A DNA stretch of 30,113 nucleotides, taken from a virus. Taxonomy: Duplodnaviria > Caudoviricetes. A program made the position numbers and the translations under genes. The stretch is taken from positions 1-30,113 of the IMG/VR virus record IMGVR_UViG_3300044723_007988. One strand, written 5' to 3'. The first letter of the stretch is position 1; each line of letters starts with the position of its first letter. Positions 1 through 7,485 of this stretch are shown here, piece after piece. Under the pieces are notes generated by a model. It was not told the origin of the DNA and made no database searches. It worked only from the letters and a program-made list of their open reading frames with translations.

Positions 1-134
1 TTGGTATAAATATAGTATAGATTTATATTTATATAAAGGAGGGGGGTTTTTTTCTTTTAAGAATTTATTTATTCGGGTGTTGCTCCCTTAACACCAGTTA
101 CTTTTTATCCCCTCTCCTTTTTTTTTTACACTTT
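1..134 (+). repeat. Terminal direct repeat, left copy
   Basis: Identical to 29981..30113 except for one T in a homopolymer (T10 at 118-127 vs T9 at 30098-30106). Confidence 0.97.
35..127 (+). ncRNA. Candidate small structured RNA / long hairpin with U-tail inside the terminal repeat
   Basis: AAAGGAGGGGGG (35-46) pairs with CCCCTCTCCTTT (109-120, one G-U); inner stem GGTGTT (76-81)/AACACC (90-95); T-run after it; ATATTTAT at 25-32 upstream. Confidence 0.4.
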
Positions 135-183
135 ACTTAAAAAACAAATATACGCATATTTATTTATATAAAAAAAAAGTAAT

Positions 184-468
184 ATGCAAGAAACAAGTAA
201 AAACGGGGCACACAAACTAACCGTAGAAAGAGTAAAAGTAATTCAACAACTATTCCAATTTGAGGATATAAAAGACAGTGATATTGCTGGTGTATTTGGC
301 GTTAGCCGTGAGAGTATTAACCATATACGTCACGGTATACGTTGGGCTGACGTAACAGGTATACAACCTAAAACGGGTAACAACTTTAGGCAATATACCA
401 TTAAGGAGGACACAATCAAACAACAGATGAAAGATGCTTTGATTAACCATATCTCCAACTTTAGGTAA
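184..468 (+). CDS. Small helix-turn-helix DNA-binding protein
   Basis: DIAGVFGVSRESINHIRHGIRW is HTH-like, resembling the HTH often found C-terminal to phage HNH nucleases; no nuclease motif present. Confidence 0.7.
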   Translation: MQETSKNGAHKLTVERVKVIQQLFQFEDIKDSDIAGVFGVSRESINHIRHGIRWADVTGIQPKTGNNFRQYTIKEDTIKQQMKDALINHISNFR

Positions 469-502
469 ATAATACTATTTTACCACAAACTTAAAATTAT
501 TT

Positions 503-537
503 AACCCTGCGTATTGACTGTGCGCAGGGTTTTTTTT
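503..537 (+). terminator. Intrinsic terminator overlapping promoter P1
   Basis: AACCCTGCGTA (503-513)/TGCGCAGGGTT (521-531) stem with one G-U, T-run 530-537, downstream of 184..468. Confidence 0.7.
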
Positions 538-542
538 ATACT
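514..542 (+). promoter_or_regulatory. sigma70-like promoter P1 (TTGACT-N17-TATACT)
   Basis: -35 at 514-519, -10 at 537-542, exact 17-nt spacer; duplicated at 1524-1552. Confidence 0.75.
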
Positions 543-571
543 ATATATATAACGATTAAAACAAACGACAA

Positions 572-697
572 ATGAAAAAATTAACTTTCCACAGAGTAGA
601 TGGCTTTGAATTTCTACCATACATCTCATACATTAACCTTCCAAGAAAAGTAATCTCCTTTGGGTGGCTATTTTGGTATTGGAACATTAACCTTTAA
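572..697 (+). CDS. Hypothetical 41-aa early protein with Trp-rich C-terminus
   Basis: Not in the ORF track (too short). MKKLTFHRVDGFEFLPYISYINLPRKVISFGWLFWYWNINL follows the duplicated leader AAAACAAACGACAAATG. Confidence 0.65.
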   Translation: MKKLTFHRVDGFEFLPYISYINLPRKVISFGWLFWYWNINL

Positions 698-709
698 CAC
701 CAAAGAGAA

Positions 710-859
710 ATGAAGATTAAAGAATGGGCGAAAGCCTACAAAAAAGCGACTAACCCTAAAAAAATACCTTTGTGGCTTGTTCTTTTTGGGAGTCAAGAAG
801 ATGTGTTTGCCTTTTTTGATAAAAGGCTAAAGGAAGAACTTAACACAAAAGACAAATGA
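710..859 (+). CDS. Hypothetical 49-aa protein
   Basis: MKIKEWAKAYKK...NTKDK; stop overlaps the next ATG (ATGA). Confidence 0.6.
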   Translation: MKIKEWAKAYKKATNPKKIPLWLVLFGSQEDVFAFFDKRLKEELNTKDK

Positions 860-993
860 AAAACAACTTAGTAAACACCTTAAACTTTTACAAAGACCAA
901 GTAACTTTATTTACCGAGTTAGGTGACAACCACCGTGTTAACCTTTACAAACAAACTGTAAAGGAGATTGAGACATACCTTAAAAACAATTAA
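856..993 (+). CDS. Hypothetical 45-aa protein
   Basis: MKNNLVNTLNFYKDQ...YLKNN; ATGA-coupled to the previous gene and ends 1 nt before the next ATG. Confidence 0.65.
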   Translation: MKNNLVNTLNFYKDQVTLFTELGDNHRVNLYKQTVKEIETYLKNN

Positions 994-994
994 T

Positions 995-1222
995 ATGGTA
1001 ACTAAAACAACAAACCCTGATTTAGTATTTGGTAACCACCCACTACTAAGTCAGTTAATATACAGTCCGTTATACCACGACGACATGCAAAGGGCTTTAC
1101 GGTTAGGTTATACCCCTGAGGAGATAATAGATATATATACAGACCACTTTGATACTGAGGGTGTTAAAACATACTTAGGTTACGACGGTCGGTCAAATAA
1201 AATACAAGAATGGAAGAGGTAA
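995..1222 (+). CDS. Hypothetical protein
   Basis: Track ORF 968..1222; ATG at 995 preferred because it directly follows the upstream stop. Confidence 0.65.
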   Translation: MVTKTTNPDLVFGNHPLLSQLIYSPLYHDDMQRALRLGYTPEEIIDIYTDHFDTEGVKTYLGYDGRSNKIQEWKR

Positions 1223-1256
1223 CAATAAACGTATTTGACAATATTGAAGAGGCTTT

Positions 1257-1484
1257 ATGGATAACGAAGATATAGAATACAGGCTATACCAACGTTTGGA
1301 TACGTTACATACACAATATAAAGACCAACAACAACACTTTGACCTTTACGAGGACTGGTTAATTAACAACGACGAGAAAACCCGTCAGTGGGAACGTATT
1401 GCCCTTAAACGTTACAACAAACACCGTGACATGCAGGTTACCTTAGCACAAATAGAGGTGTTGGAAGAATTAATAATATTTTAG
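1257..1484 (+). CDS. Hypothetical helical protein
   Basis: 75-aa ORF in the early gene array with genome-typical codon use. Confidence 0.7.
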   Translation: MDNEDIEYRLYQRLDTLHTQYKDQQQHFDLYEDWLINNDEKTRQWERIALKRYNKHRDMQVTLAQIEVLEELIIF

Positions 1485-1517
1485 GTATTTTAACTTATTT
1501 GTAAAAAAAGTTTACTC

Positions 1518-1552
1518 TGCGCATTGACTATGCGCACAACGTTTACTATACT
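1518..1552 (+). promoter_or_regulatory. sigma70-like promoter P2 with TGCGCA palindromes flanking the -35 box
   Basis: TGCGCA (1518-1523), TTGACT (1524-1529), TGCGCA (1531-1536), TATACT (1547-1552); 17-nt spacer; leader nearly identical to P1. Confidence 0.75.
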
Positions 1553-1581
1553 ATATATATAACAATTAAAACAAACGACAA

Positions 1582-1761
1582 ATGAAAAAAGTAGAAACAA
1601 CACTAACAAACAAAGAGGTAACCATACTAACAAATATGGTTAACCAACAACTAACAGTATTACAAATGACTGACGGTAACTATTACCAAACTGAGGGTTT
1701 TAAGACCCTAACACAACTACAGGAAAAACTTAGAGACTTAAACTTACAGATAACCAAATAA
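1582..1761 (+). CDS. Hypothetical 59-aa protein
   Basis: Not in the ORF track. MKKVETTLTNKEVTIL...LQITK follows the duplicated leader; next ATG is 1 nt after the stop. Confidence 0.7.
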   Translation: MKKVETTLTNKEVTILTNMVNQQLTVLQMTDGNYYQTEGFKTLTQLQEKLRDLNLQITK

Positions 1762-1762
1762 A

Positions 1763-2419
1763 ATGAAGGATACACTACTACAAATCAAACAGGCGTATAC
1801 TGAGAAACAGGGTTGGGAATGGTATAGTGAAAAGGAAAAAACCTCCAACCTAAATGCTAAAATTAACCGATTAAACGACCAGTTAAAGGGAACTGGTTTT
1901 ACGGTAAGAAATACTAACAATAGTGTTAGTTTATGTAAAGGTCAGTGCACCTTTACGCATTGGCACATAAGTGAATATAACTTTTACGCAAACTGTAACT
2001 ATCCACCTAAGTTATCTTACGACAAGATGAAGGAATGGTTGGAAATAGAAAAAAAGGTTACCTTAGAGGTGTTTAATAATGAGAGTAATACCAACGTAGG
2101 TAAACAACGTGTTAAAGAATTAGAGCAAACCATAAACACCTTAGTTGACGATATTACCAGTGACTACTACGAGTATATTATTGAGAGTGAATACACCCCC
2201 GTTAGTAACAATGCAGTATGGTATAGAAACAAAGGTTACCAACCTAACCGTGTAACCTTTGGTAACTTTAGTAAAACCGGTAAAACCGCAACTATTACCC
2301 TATACTTTGACGACGGTAATAAAATAGAAATGAAACGTTATAGTATATTGACGTTTTTTAAGTCCAACTATTATTGGATACAAAGTGAAATAAAACAACA
2401 GGCAAAGTTGACTAAATAA
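1763..2419 (+). CDS. Hypothetical protein
   Basis: 218-aa ORF; no motif recognised. Confidence 0.8.
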   Translation: MKDTLLQIKQAYTEKQGWEWYSEKEKTSNLNAKINRLNDQLKGTGFTVRNTNNSVSLCKGQCTFTHWHISEYNFYANCNYPPKLSYDKMKEWLEIEKKVTLEVFNNESNTNVGKQRVKELEQTINTLVDDITSDYYEYIIESEYTPVSNNAVWYRNKGYQPNRVTFGNFSKTGKTATITLYFDDGNKIEMKRYSILTFFKSNYYWIQSEIKQQAKLTK

Positions 2420-2455
2420 ATAATAAACCTTAAAATTAATTAAAAAGTAAAAAGT

Positions 2456-2764
2456 ATGGCAACACAGAAAGATTTAGTAAAACACTACTTAGAGGATTAC
2501 CCTGAGTTACGTAACGGGTCAAGCGTTAAATTGGCGTTAAAAGTATGGAAAGACATTATTGAGGTAGAGGGTATTACCACCCTACAAGACTTCTTAAACA
2601 AATACGAGAGTGGTGTATTACCCTGTCCTGCAGGGTTATCGGCAACAGCACGTAACGTAAAGAAGGACCACCCTGAATTAAAACCAGAAACCAAAGTGCA
2701 AGAGGCAAACAATAAACTACACAACACCGTATATGTAAACGAATACGGGCAAACACCTATTTAA
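2456..2764 (+). CDS. Hypothetical protein
   Basis: 102-aa ORF with A-rich leader. Confidence 0.75.
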   Translation: MATQKDLVKHYLEDYPELRNGSSVKLALKVWKDIIEVEGITTLQDFLNKYESGVLPCPAGLSATARNVKKDHPELKPETKVQEANNKLHNTVYVNEYGQTPI

Positions 2765-2765
2765 T

Positions 2766-2978
2766 ATGAAAGAAGATAATGTATTGGCGGCACGTATAGC
2801 CCGACAAAGCCAAATGGAAAGGGCAATTGAGTATTACCAAATGTTAGGTAAAACACCTACGTTAGAAGATTTAACCCTGACAGCACATATACTACATAAG
2901 TTTATTGTTGACGGTTGGAGTGGTGACTACAAAGAGTTAATCCAAAAGATGGACGGACATATTGTTAATAATTATTAA
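2766..2978 (+). CDS. Hypothetical protein
   Basis: 70-aa ORF 1 nt after the previous stop. Confidence 0.7.
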   Translation: MKEDNVLAARIARQSQMERAIEYYQMLGKTPTLEDLTLTAHILHKFIVDGWSGDYKELIQKMDGHIVNNY

Positions 2979-2991
2979 TATACATACAAAT

Positions 2992-3066
2992 AGGGTTACC
3001 TAACACCCTTCTTTAAGTTAGGAAAGTCGTTTGTTGTGAGGGGGGTATTATTTACCCCCCTTTTTT
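2992..3066 (+). ncRNA. Candidate 3'-UTR-derived small RNA (pseudoknot + antisense seed + terminator)
   Basis: AGGGT (2992-2996)/ACCCT (3005-3009) and CCTAAC (2999-3004)/GTTAGG (3017-3022) give H-type pseudoknot topology; GTCGTTTGTT (3026-3035) is the reverse complement of both early leaders. Confidence 0.45.
3039..3066 (+). terminator. Intrinsic terminator of the early region
   Basis: AGGGGGGTA (3039-3047)/TACCCCCCT (3053-3061), 5-nt loop, T-run. Confidence 0.85.
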
Positions 3067-3089
3067 ATTTATTAACATATTTATAGTAT

Positions 3090-3608
3090 ATGGAGTTAAA
3101 CAAATGGATAGGGGAGAACCACAACGAGTTACAACACGTAATAGGACGTATTACCAGTAACCATGCATTAAGTGACGAGTTATACCAAGAGGTAATACTA
3201 CAACTGTTAGAGAAACCTGATAAAATTAATGCGTTACCTGACAACCAAAAGATGTTTTATTTTATACGGGTTGTAAAGAATAATTGGCATAGTAATACCA
3301 GTCCATTCCAATACCGTAGGCAACAAGATTTACAACGACATATACCCTACGACCATTCACACGGTAAAAGTTTATTAGACGAGAGATATGAGGAGAATGG
3401 GCCAAGTATGGAGTGGGTAATAGACCAACTAAATACGTTGGACTGGTTTAACCGTGACCTATTTAAGATGTGGATTGACTTAGGCACCTATACCAAAGTT
3501 AGCCAAGATACTACTATACCACTTAATAGTGTTGGTAAATATATAAAAGAGACCATGCATGTATTAAACGTGAGATGGGATAAAGAAATTAAAAAACGTA
3601 ATAAATGA
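3090..3608 (+). CDS. Phage-encoded ECF/sigma70-family sigma factor
   Basis: Region-2-like DELYQEVILQLLE...YFIRVVKN and region-4-like HTH LDWFNRDLFKMW...TYTKVSQDTTIPLNSVGKYIK; 172 aa is ECF-sized. Confidence 0.7.
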   Translation: MELNKWIGENHNELQHVIGRITSNHALSDELYQEVILQLLEKPDKINALPDNQKMFYFIRVVKNNWHSNTSPFQYRRQQDLQRHIPYDHSHGKSLLDERYEENGPSMEWVIDQLNTLDWFNRDLFKMWIDLGTYTKVSQDTTIPLNSVGKYIKETMHVLNVRWDKEIKKRNK

Positions 3609-3856
3609 GTTGTAACACGTGTAAAAAGAAAAAAGGTAACAACATAAAGCACCTTAGTAAAACGACCGTTACGGACGAGTTAAAGACCGCATACGAGTAT
3701 GTTAGTATTGCATCCAAGATGAATAATGAGAAATGGGCCTTTGTTGACGAGGTATTACAAGAGTATTACCCCGGTAGGCACAAAACAAATACAGGGTGTA
3801 AAGATTGTGTTAGGGCAACGGCTAAGTTGGTAGAATACCTTTACAATAAAAACTGA
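3605..3856 (+). CDS. Small protein with two CxxC motifs (possible Zn binding)
   Basis: CNTC at the N-terminus and CKDC near the C-terminus; ATGA-coupled to the sigma factor. Confidence 0.7.
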   Translation: MSCNTCKKKKGNNIKHLSKTTVTDELKTAYEYVSIASKMNNEKWAFVDEVLQEYYPGRHKTNTGCKDCVRATAKLVEYLYNKN

Positions 3857-3908
3857 GAAATTATTTAGTCAGGCTTTAGTTTTTTTATAACTATTGGATA
3901 TTTATTAA

Positions 3909-4141
3909 TCGTGTAGGGAGACACGAGACCACCGAGCCCTACATTTGTTAAAGGTTACTACTCGGGGGGCATGCAAAGTAACCACTACAGGACAAGGGAG
4001 AAAGTAGGCATCACGGGTGTAACGACCTAAAGGGTAATCTCCAAATTAATTAACCGTTACTGTTAGTTAATCAGGCCGACAAATAGTCGTGTAGTAGTCT
4101 GACCACCTATAACCGTAGGTGGGCTACAACAGAACCCACCT
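3909..4141 (+). ncRNA. Candidate large structured RNA or cis-acting element
   Basis: GC-richer non-coding island with at least seven inverted-repeat pairs, ATATTTAT at 3898-3905 upstream, and a very AT-rich tract 4142-4247 downstream. Confidence 0.5.
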
Positions 4142-4247
4142 CTAAATAGTGTTTATATATTACTACTAAATAATAATATTAATAAATAATATAGTATTTT
4201 AATTTATTAATAATTTACTACTATTTATATAAGTAAAAAAAAGTAAT

Positions 4248-4781
4248 ATGATAGAATATATTGAGGTAAACAAACTGCAAGAAAATCCAAACAATCCAAG
4301 AGTAATAAAAGATAATAAGTTTAACCAGTTGGTTAAAAGTATACGTGAGTTTCCAAAGATGTTGGAGTTACGCCCTATTGTTGTTGACGATAACTACGTA
4401 GTGTTAGGTGGTAATATGAGATTAAAGGCTATTACCGAAGCGGGGTTTACACACACCCCCTACATCAAAGCCACTGACCTAACTGAAGAGCAAAAAAGAG
4501 AGTTTATTATTAAAGATAACTTAGGTTACGGTGAGTGGGATTGGGATATTATTACCGCTGAGTGGGATACCGAATTATTAGAAGAGTGGGGTATGGATGT
4601 TATACAACACGATTGGAGTGAGTTAGAGTATATTGAGGACGAACAAGAAAGGGCTGAGAATAATAAAGATACCCGTTTTATTGTTACCATCGGTGTAGCC
4701 TACGAAGATGTTAGGCAACAAATACGAGACAGTATTGAGGATTTATTAAACGACAAATACCCTGGTTGTGAAATCAAATAA
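4248..4781 (+). CDS. ParB-like N-terminal (ParB/Srx) domain protein
   Basis: LQENPNNPRVI...LVKSIREF...RPIVVDDNYVVLGGNMRLKA...IIKDN is the phage ParB-N signature commonly found next to DNA-modification and terminase genes. Confidence 0.85.
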   Translation: MIEYIEVNKLQENPNNPRVIKDNKFNQLVKSIREFPKMLELRPIVVDDNYVVLGGNMRLKAITEAGFTHTPYIKATDLTEEQKREFIIKDNLGYGEWDWDIITAEWDTELLEEWGMDVIQHDWSELEYIEDEQERAENNKDTRFIVTIGVAYEDVRQQIRDSIEDLLNDKYPGCEIK

Positions 4782-5670
4782 TACCCACTTAAACCTGTTA
4801 ATAAGTTATGCGTGGGTTGCCCGTAATAAGGGTTGGACTAACGATATGTGCCACCACCACTCCAACGGGGATATTAACCTTATGTTTGATAGTGGGGCCT
4901 TTACCAAACACCAAGCAAAAAACCACAACAGTTATAGTTTTATTAACGTGGACGACTATAGCAATTGGATTGAGAAATACCGTAACTATTGTGAAAAGTA
5001 TATTATGCTGGATGTAATAGGTAACGAAAGTAAAAGTAAAAAAAACTACGAGTTAATGGTTAAACGTGGGTTGGACCCGATGTTTGTATTAACAGTTGAC
5101 GATACCGATTGGAGTTACTACAGAGATACGTTGGATATTAACCCCCACGTTTGTATTGCCGGTGGGGTTGCAGATAAAAGTGACTGGATGAGTAAACGTT
5201 TCCAAGACGCTGACCTTTACGGTGAGGGTAAAGCATTAATACACGGGTTAGGGTATGTTAAACACCCCACCATATTACAGTTACCACTACACTCAGTAGA
5301 TAGTAGTAGTTGGTCTCAGGCACCGTTAATGTTTGGTAACCTCATGTATTACGACAACGGACTAAAAACGGCAAACTACAGAGATATACTAACTAAAAAA
5401 ACTAAGTTACCACAACAACTTATAGTGTTGTTTGAGAAACTTAAGATTACACCAAAGCAATTTAGTAATATGGATAACCACAAAGGGGGGTCAAATATAG
5501 AGTTACTAACCAGTATTATTGCTAATATAGAATACCAAAAGATATGTAAACGTAACGGGTTAGACCTGTTTTTATCCACTATATCTCACAAACAACTAAA
5601 ACAGTTAATAGGGGTAAACGAGATGTTAGAAGCGGGTAACCTAACCTATGATAAATATAAAAAACTATAA
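4768..5670 (+). CDS. dpdA: TGT-fold guanine transglycosylase, DpdA-like (predicted 7-deazaguanine insertion into DNA)
   Basis: TGT-barrel motifs FDSGAF, LDVIG, IAGGV, IHGLG and SVDSSSW; immediately upstream of queCDE-folE. Confidence 0.65.
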   Translation: MKSNNTHLNLLISYAWVARNKGWTNDMCHHHSNGDINLMFDSGAFTKHQAKNHNSYSFINVDDYSNWIEKYRNYCEKYIMLDVIGNESKSKKNYELMVKRGLDPMFVLTVDDTDWSYYRDTLDINPHVCIAGGVADKSDWMSKRFQDADLYGEGKALIHGLGYVKHPTILQLPLHSVDSSSWSQAPLMFGNLMYYDNGLKTANYRDILTKKTKLPQQLIVLFEKLKITPKQFSNMDNHKGGSNIELLTSIIANIEYQKICKRNGLDLFLSTISHKQLKQLIGVNEMLEAGNLTYDKYKKL

Positions 5671-5676
5671 ATTAAC

Positions 5677-6345
5677 ATGCAAGACAAATGTATTGTTTTA
5701 CTAAGTGGAGGACAGGATAGCACAACCTGTTTATACTGGGCCTTAGAGAGGTTTACCAACGTAGTAGCCGTAGGGTTTGACTACGGACAGTCACACGTAG
5801 TAGAATTGGAACGTGCTAAGAAAATTGCAAAAGATGCAGGTGTAGAATACCGTATTATTAACGCTAAAGGTTTATTGGCTAAAAGTAGTTTAACTGAAAA
5901 CGGTGACCACAACCAACAGTCCTACGTAAACCCCGATTTACCAGCCTCTTTTACCGCAGGCCGTAACATACTATTCTTAACCGTTGCAGCCTCCTTAGGG
6001 GCTGAGTTAGGTATTAATAATTTAGTTACCGGTGTTTGCCAAACGGACTACAGCGGTTACCCTGACTGTAGGAGAGATACCATAGATGCGTTGGAGGAGA
6101 CGTTAACGTTAGGGGTTGGTAACGGTAACTACATTATTTATACACCATTAATGTATTTAACCAAAGCCGAGACGTTTAAGATGGCAAAAGAGTTAGGGGT
6201 ATTGGATATTATTATTAACGATACTATGACGGACTACGACGGTGCTAACACCAAACACGAGTGGGGTTACGGTAACTTAGATAACCCTGCATCCAACCTT
6301 AGGGCTAAAGGGTATTACGAGGCAAAAGAAAAAGGTTGGTTATGA
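5677..6345 (+). CDS. queC: 7-cyano-7-deazaguanine (preQ0) synthase QueC, variant lacking the Zn-binding Cys cluster
   Basis: LLSGGQDSTT PP-loop, FDYGQ, GRN, DYSGYPDCR, TPLMYLTKAE. Confidence 0.95.
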   Translation: MQDKCIVLLSGGQDSTTCLYWALERFTNVVAVGFDYGQSHVVELERAKKIAKDAGVEYRIINAKGLLAKSSLTENGDHNQQSYVNPDLPASFTAGRNILFLTVAASLGAELGINNLVTGVCQTDYSGYPDCRRDTIDALEETLTLGVGNGNYIIYTPLMYLTKAETFKMAKELGVLDIIINDTMTDYDGANTKHEWGYGNLDNPASNLRAKGYYEAKEKGWL

Positions 6346-6746
6346 TTAAGATAAGAAAAAAATACCACTTTTACGCAGGGCACCGTAATCCAAGTGGGGG
6401 TGAGAAATGCGGTAGACTACACGGTCACACGTATAGGGTGTTTACAGAGTTTGCATTTAACCAAATTAACGAAGGTGGGGTTACCATGCTATTTAGTGAT
6501 ATTGACGCTATTGTGGAACCTATTATTAAGTCACACGACCATATCTTTTTACTACACGACCAAGACCCCCTAAAGGGTGCATTGGATTTATTAAACGAAC
6601 CGTATTACGAGTTACCGTTTGAGAGTAGTGCTGAGAATATGGCTATATGGATTTATAACCAAATAAAACGTGCAGGTTTACCTATTACCCGTATTGAGTT
6701 ACAGGAAACGGAGAGTAGCACAATAATTTACGAAGGTAATGAGTAA
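6342..6746 (+). CDS. queD: 6-carboxy-5,6,7,8-tetrahydropterin synthase QueD
   Basis: FYAGH, KCGRLHGHTY, DH, SAENMA and ETES motifs; ATG at 6342 overlaps the queC stop (ATGA). Confidence 0.93.
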   Translation: MIKIRKKYHFYAGHRNPSGGEKCGRLHGHTYRVFTEFAFNQINEGGVTMLFSDIDAIVEPIIKSHDHIFLLHDQDPLKGALDLLNEPYYELPFESSAENMAIWIYNQIKRAGLPITRIELQETESSTIIYEGNE

Positions 6747-7485
6747 TATACAAGATTTTAAGTTACCCCTAAGTGAGAGTTTTTACTCACTACAGGGTGA
6801 AGGACCAACAACAGGTTACCCGTCAGTGTTTATACGTTTGGCTGGTTGTAACTTAATGTGCGGGGGTCAGGGCACGCAGTTTGACGGTGAATTGCATAAC
6901 GGGGCAACGTGGCGTTGTGATACCTTAGAGGTATGGATGCAGGCTAAGATGGTTGCCTTTGAGGACAGTATGGACGAGGAGTGTAAACAGGCTTTACGTG
7001 ACGGGGCTAACCTTATTTTAACGGGGGGTGAACCAACCATGCAAGAGGGTAAACTAAAACACTATATACAGTGGGTTAGAAACACGTTTAACCCTGACTG
7101 TTACGTAGAGGTAGAAACCAACGGGACTATTTTACCAACACAAGAATTTAGGGATATGGTTAACCAGTTTAATATCTCACCAAAGTTAAAAAACAGTGGT
7201 AACGAATTAAGTGCTACGTGGAAACCAAAGGTAATAGAGGCGTATAACAACCACCCTAACGCAGTGTTTAAGTTTGTGGTTAGTGACCATACTGATTACG
7301 CTGAGATACGTGAGTATTACTTAGATTTAGTTGACCCTAAAAAGGTATGGTTAATGCCTGCGGGTGAAAACCAAGATTTACTAAGTAACACCAAAGAGGT
7401 TGTGGCTGAGATGGCTAAGAAATACCACCATAAATTAACTAACAGATTACATATAGAGATATGGGACAAGAAAACGGGGGTGTAA
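6739..7485 (+). CDS. queE: 7-carboxy-7-deazaguanine synthase QueE (radical SAM)
   Basis: [21 protein letters not shown]...CDT, TGGEP, VETNGT, ISPKL, RLHIEIW. Confidence 0.94.
   Translation: MSNIQDFKLPLSESFYSLQGEGPTTGYPSVFIRLAGCNLMCGGQGTQFDGELHNGATWRCDTLEVWMQAKMVAFEDSMDEECKQALRDGANLILTGGEPTMQEGKLKHYIQWVRNTFNPDCYVEVETNGTILPTQEFRDMVNQFNISPKLKNSGNELSATWKPKVIEAYNNHPNAVFKFVVSDHTDYAEIREYYLDLVDPKKVWLMPAGENQDLLSNTKEVVAEMAKKYHHKLTNRLHIEIWDKKTGV

Noticed and set aside
83-89. Loop CTCCCTT complementary to AAGGGAG (3994-4000) in the structured element
   Set aside because: A 7-nt match is expected by chance in 30 kb and has no other support.
1235-1263. TTGACA as a third sigma70 promoter
   Set aside because: No credible -10 hexamer at 16-18 nt spacing.
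2992-3022. preQ1-I riboswitch
   Set aside because: Pseudoknot topology is similar, but the A-rich 3' tail and conserved loop are missing, and it lies over 1 kb and a terminator away from the que genes.
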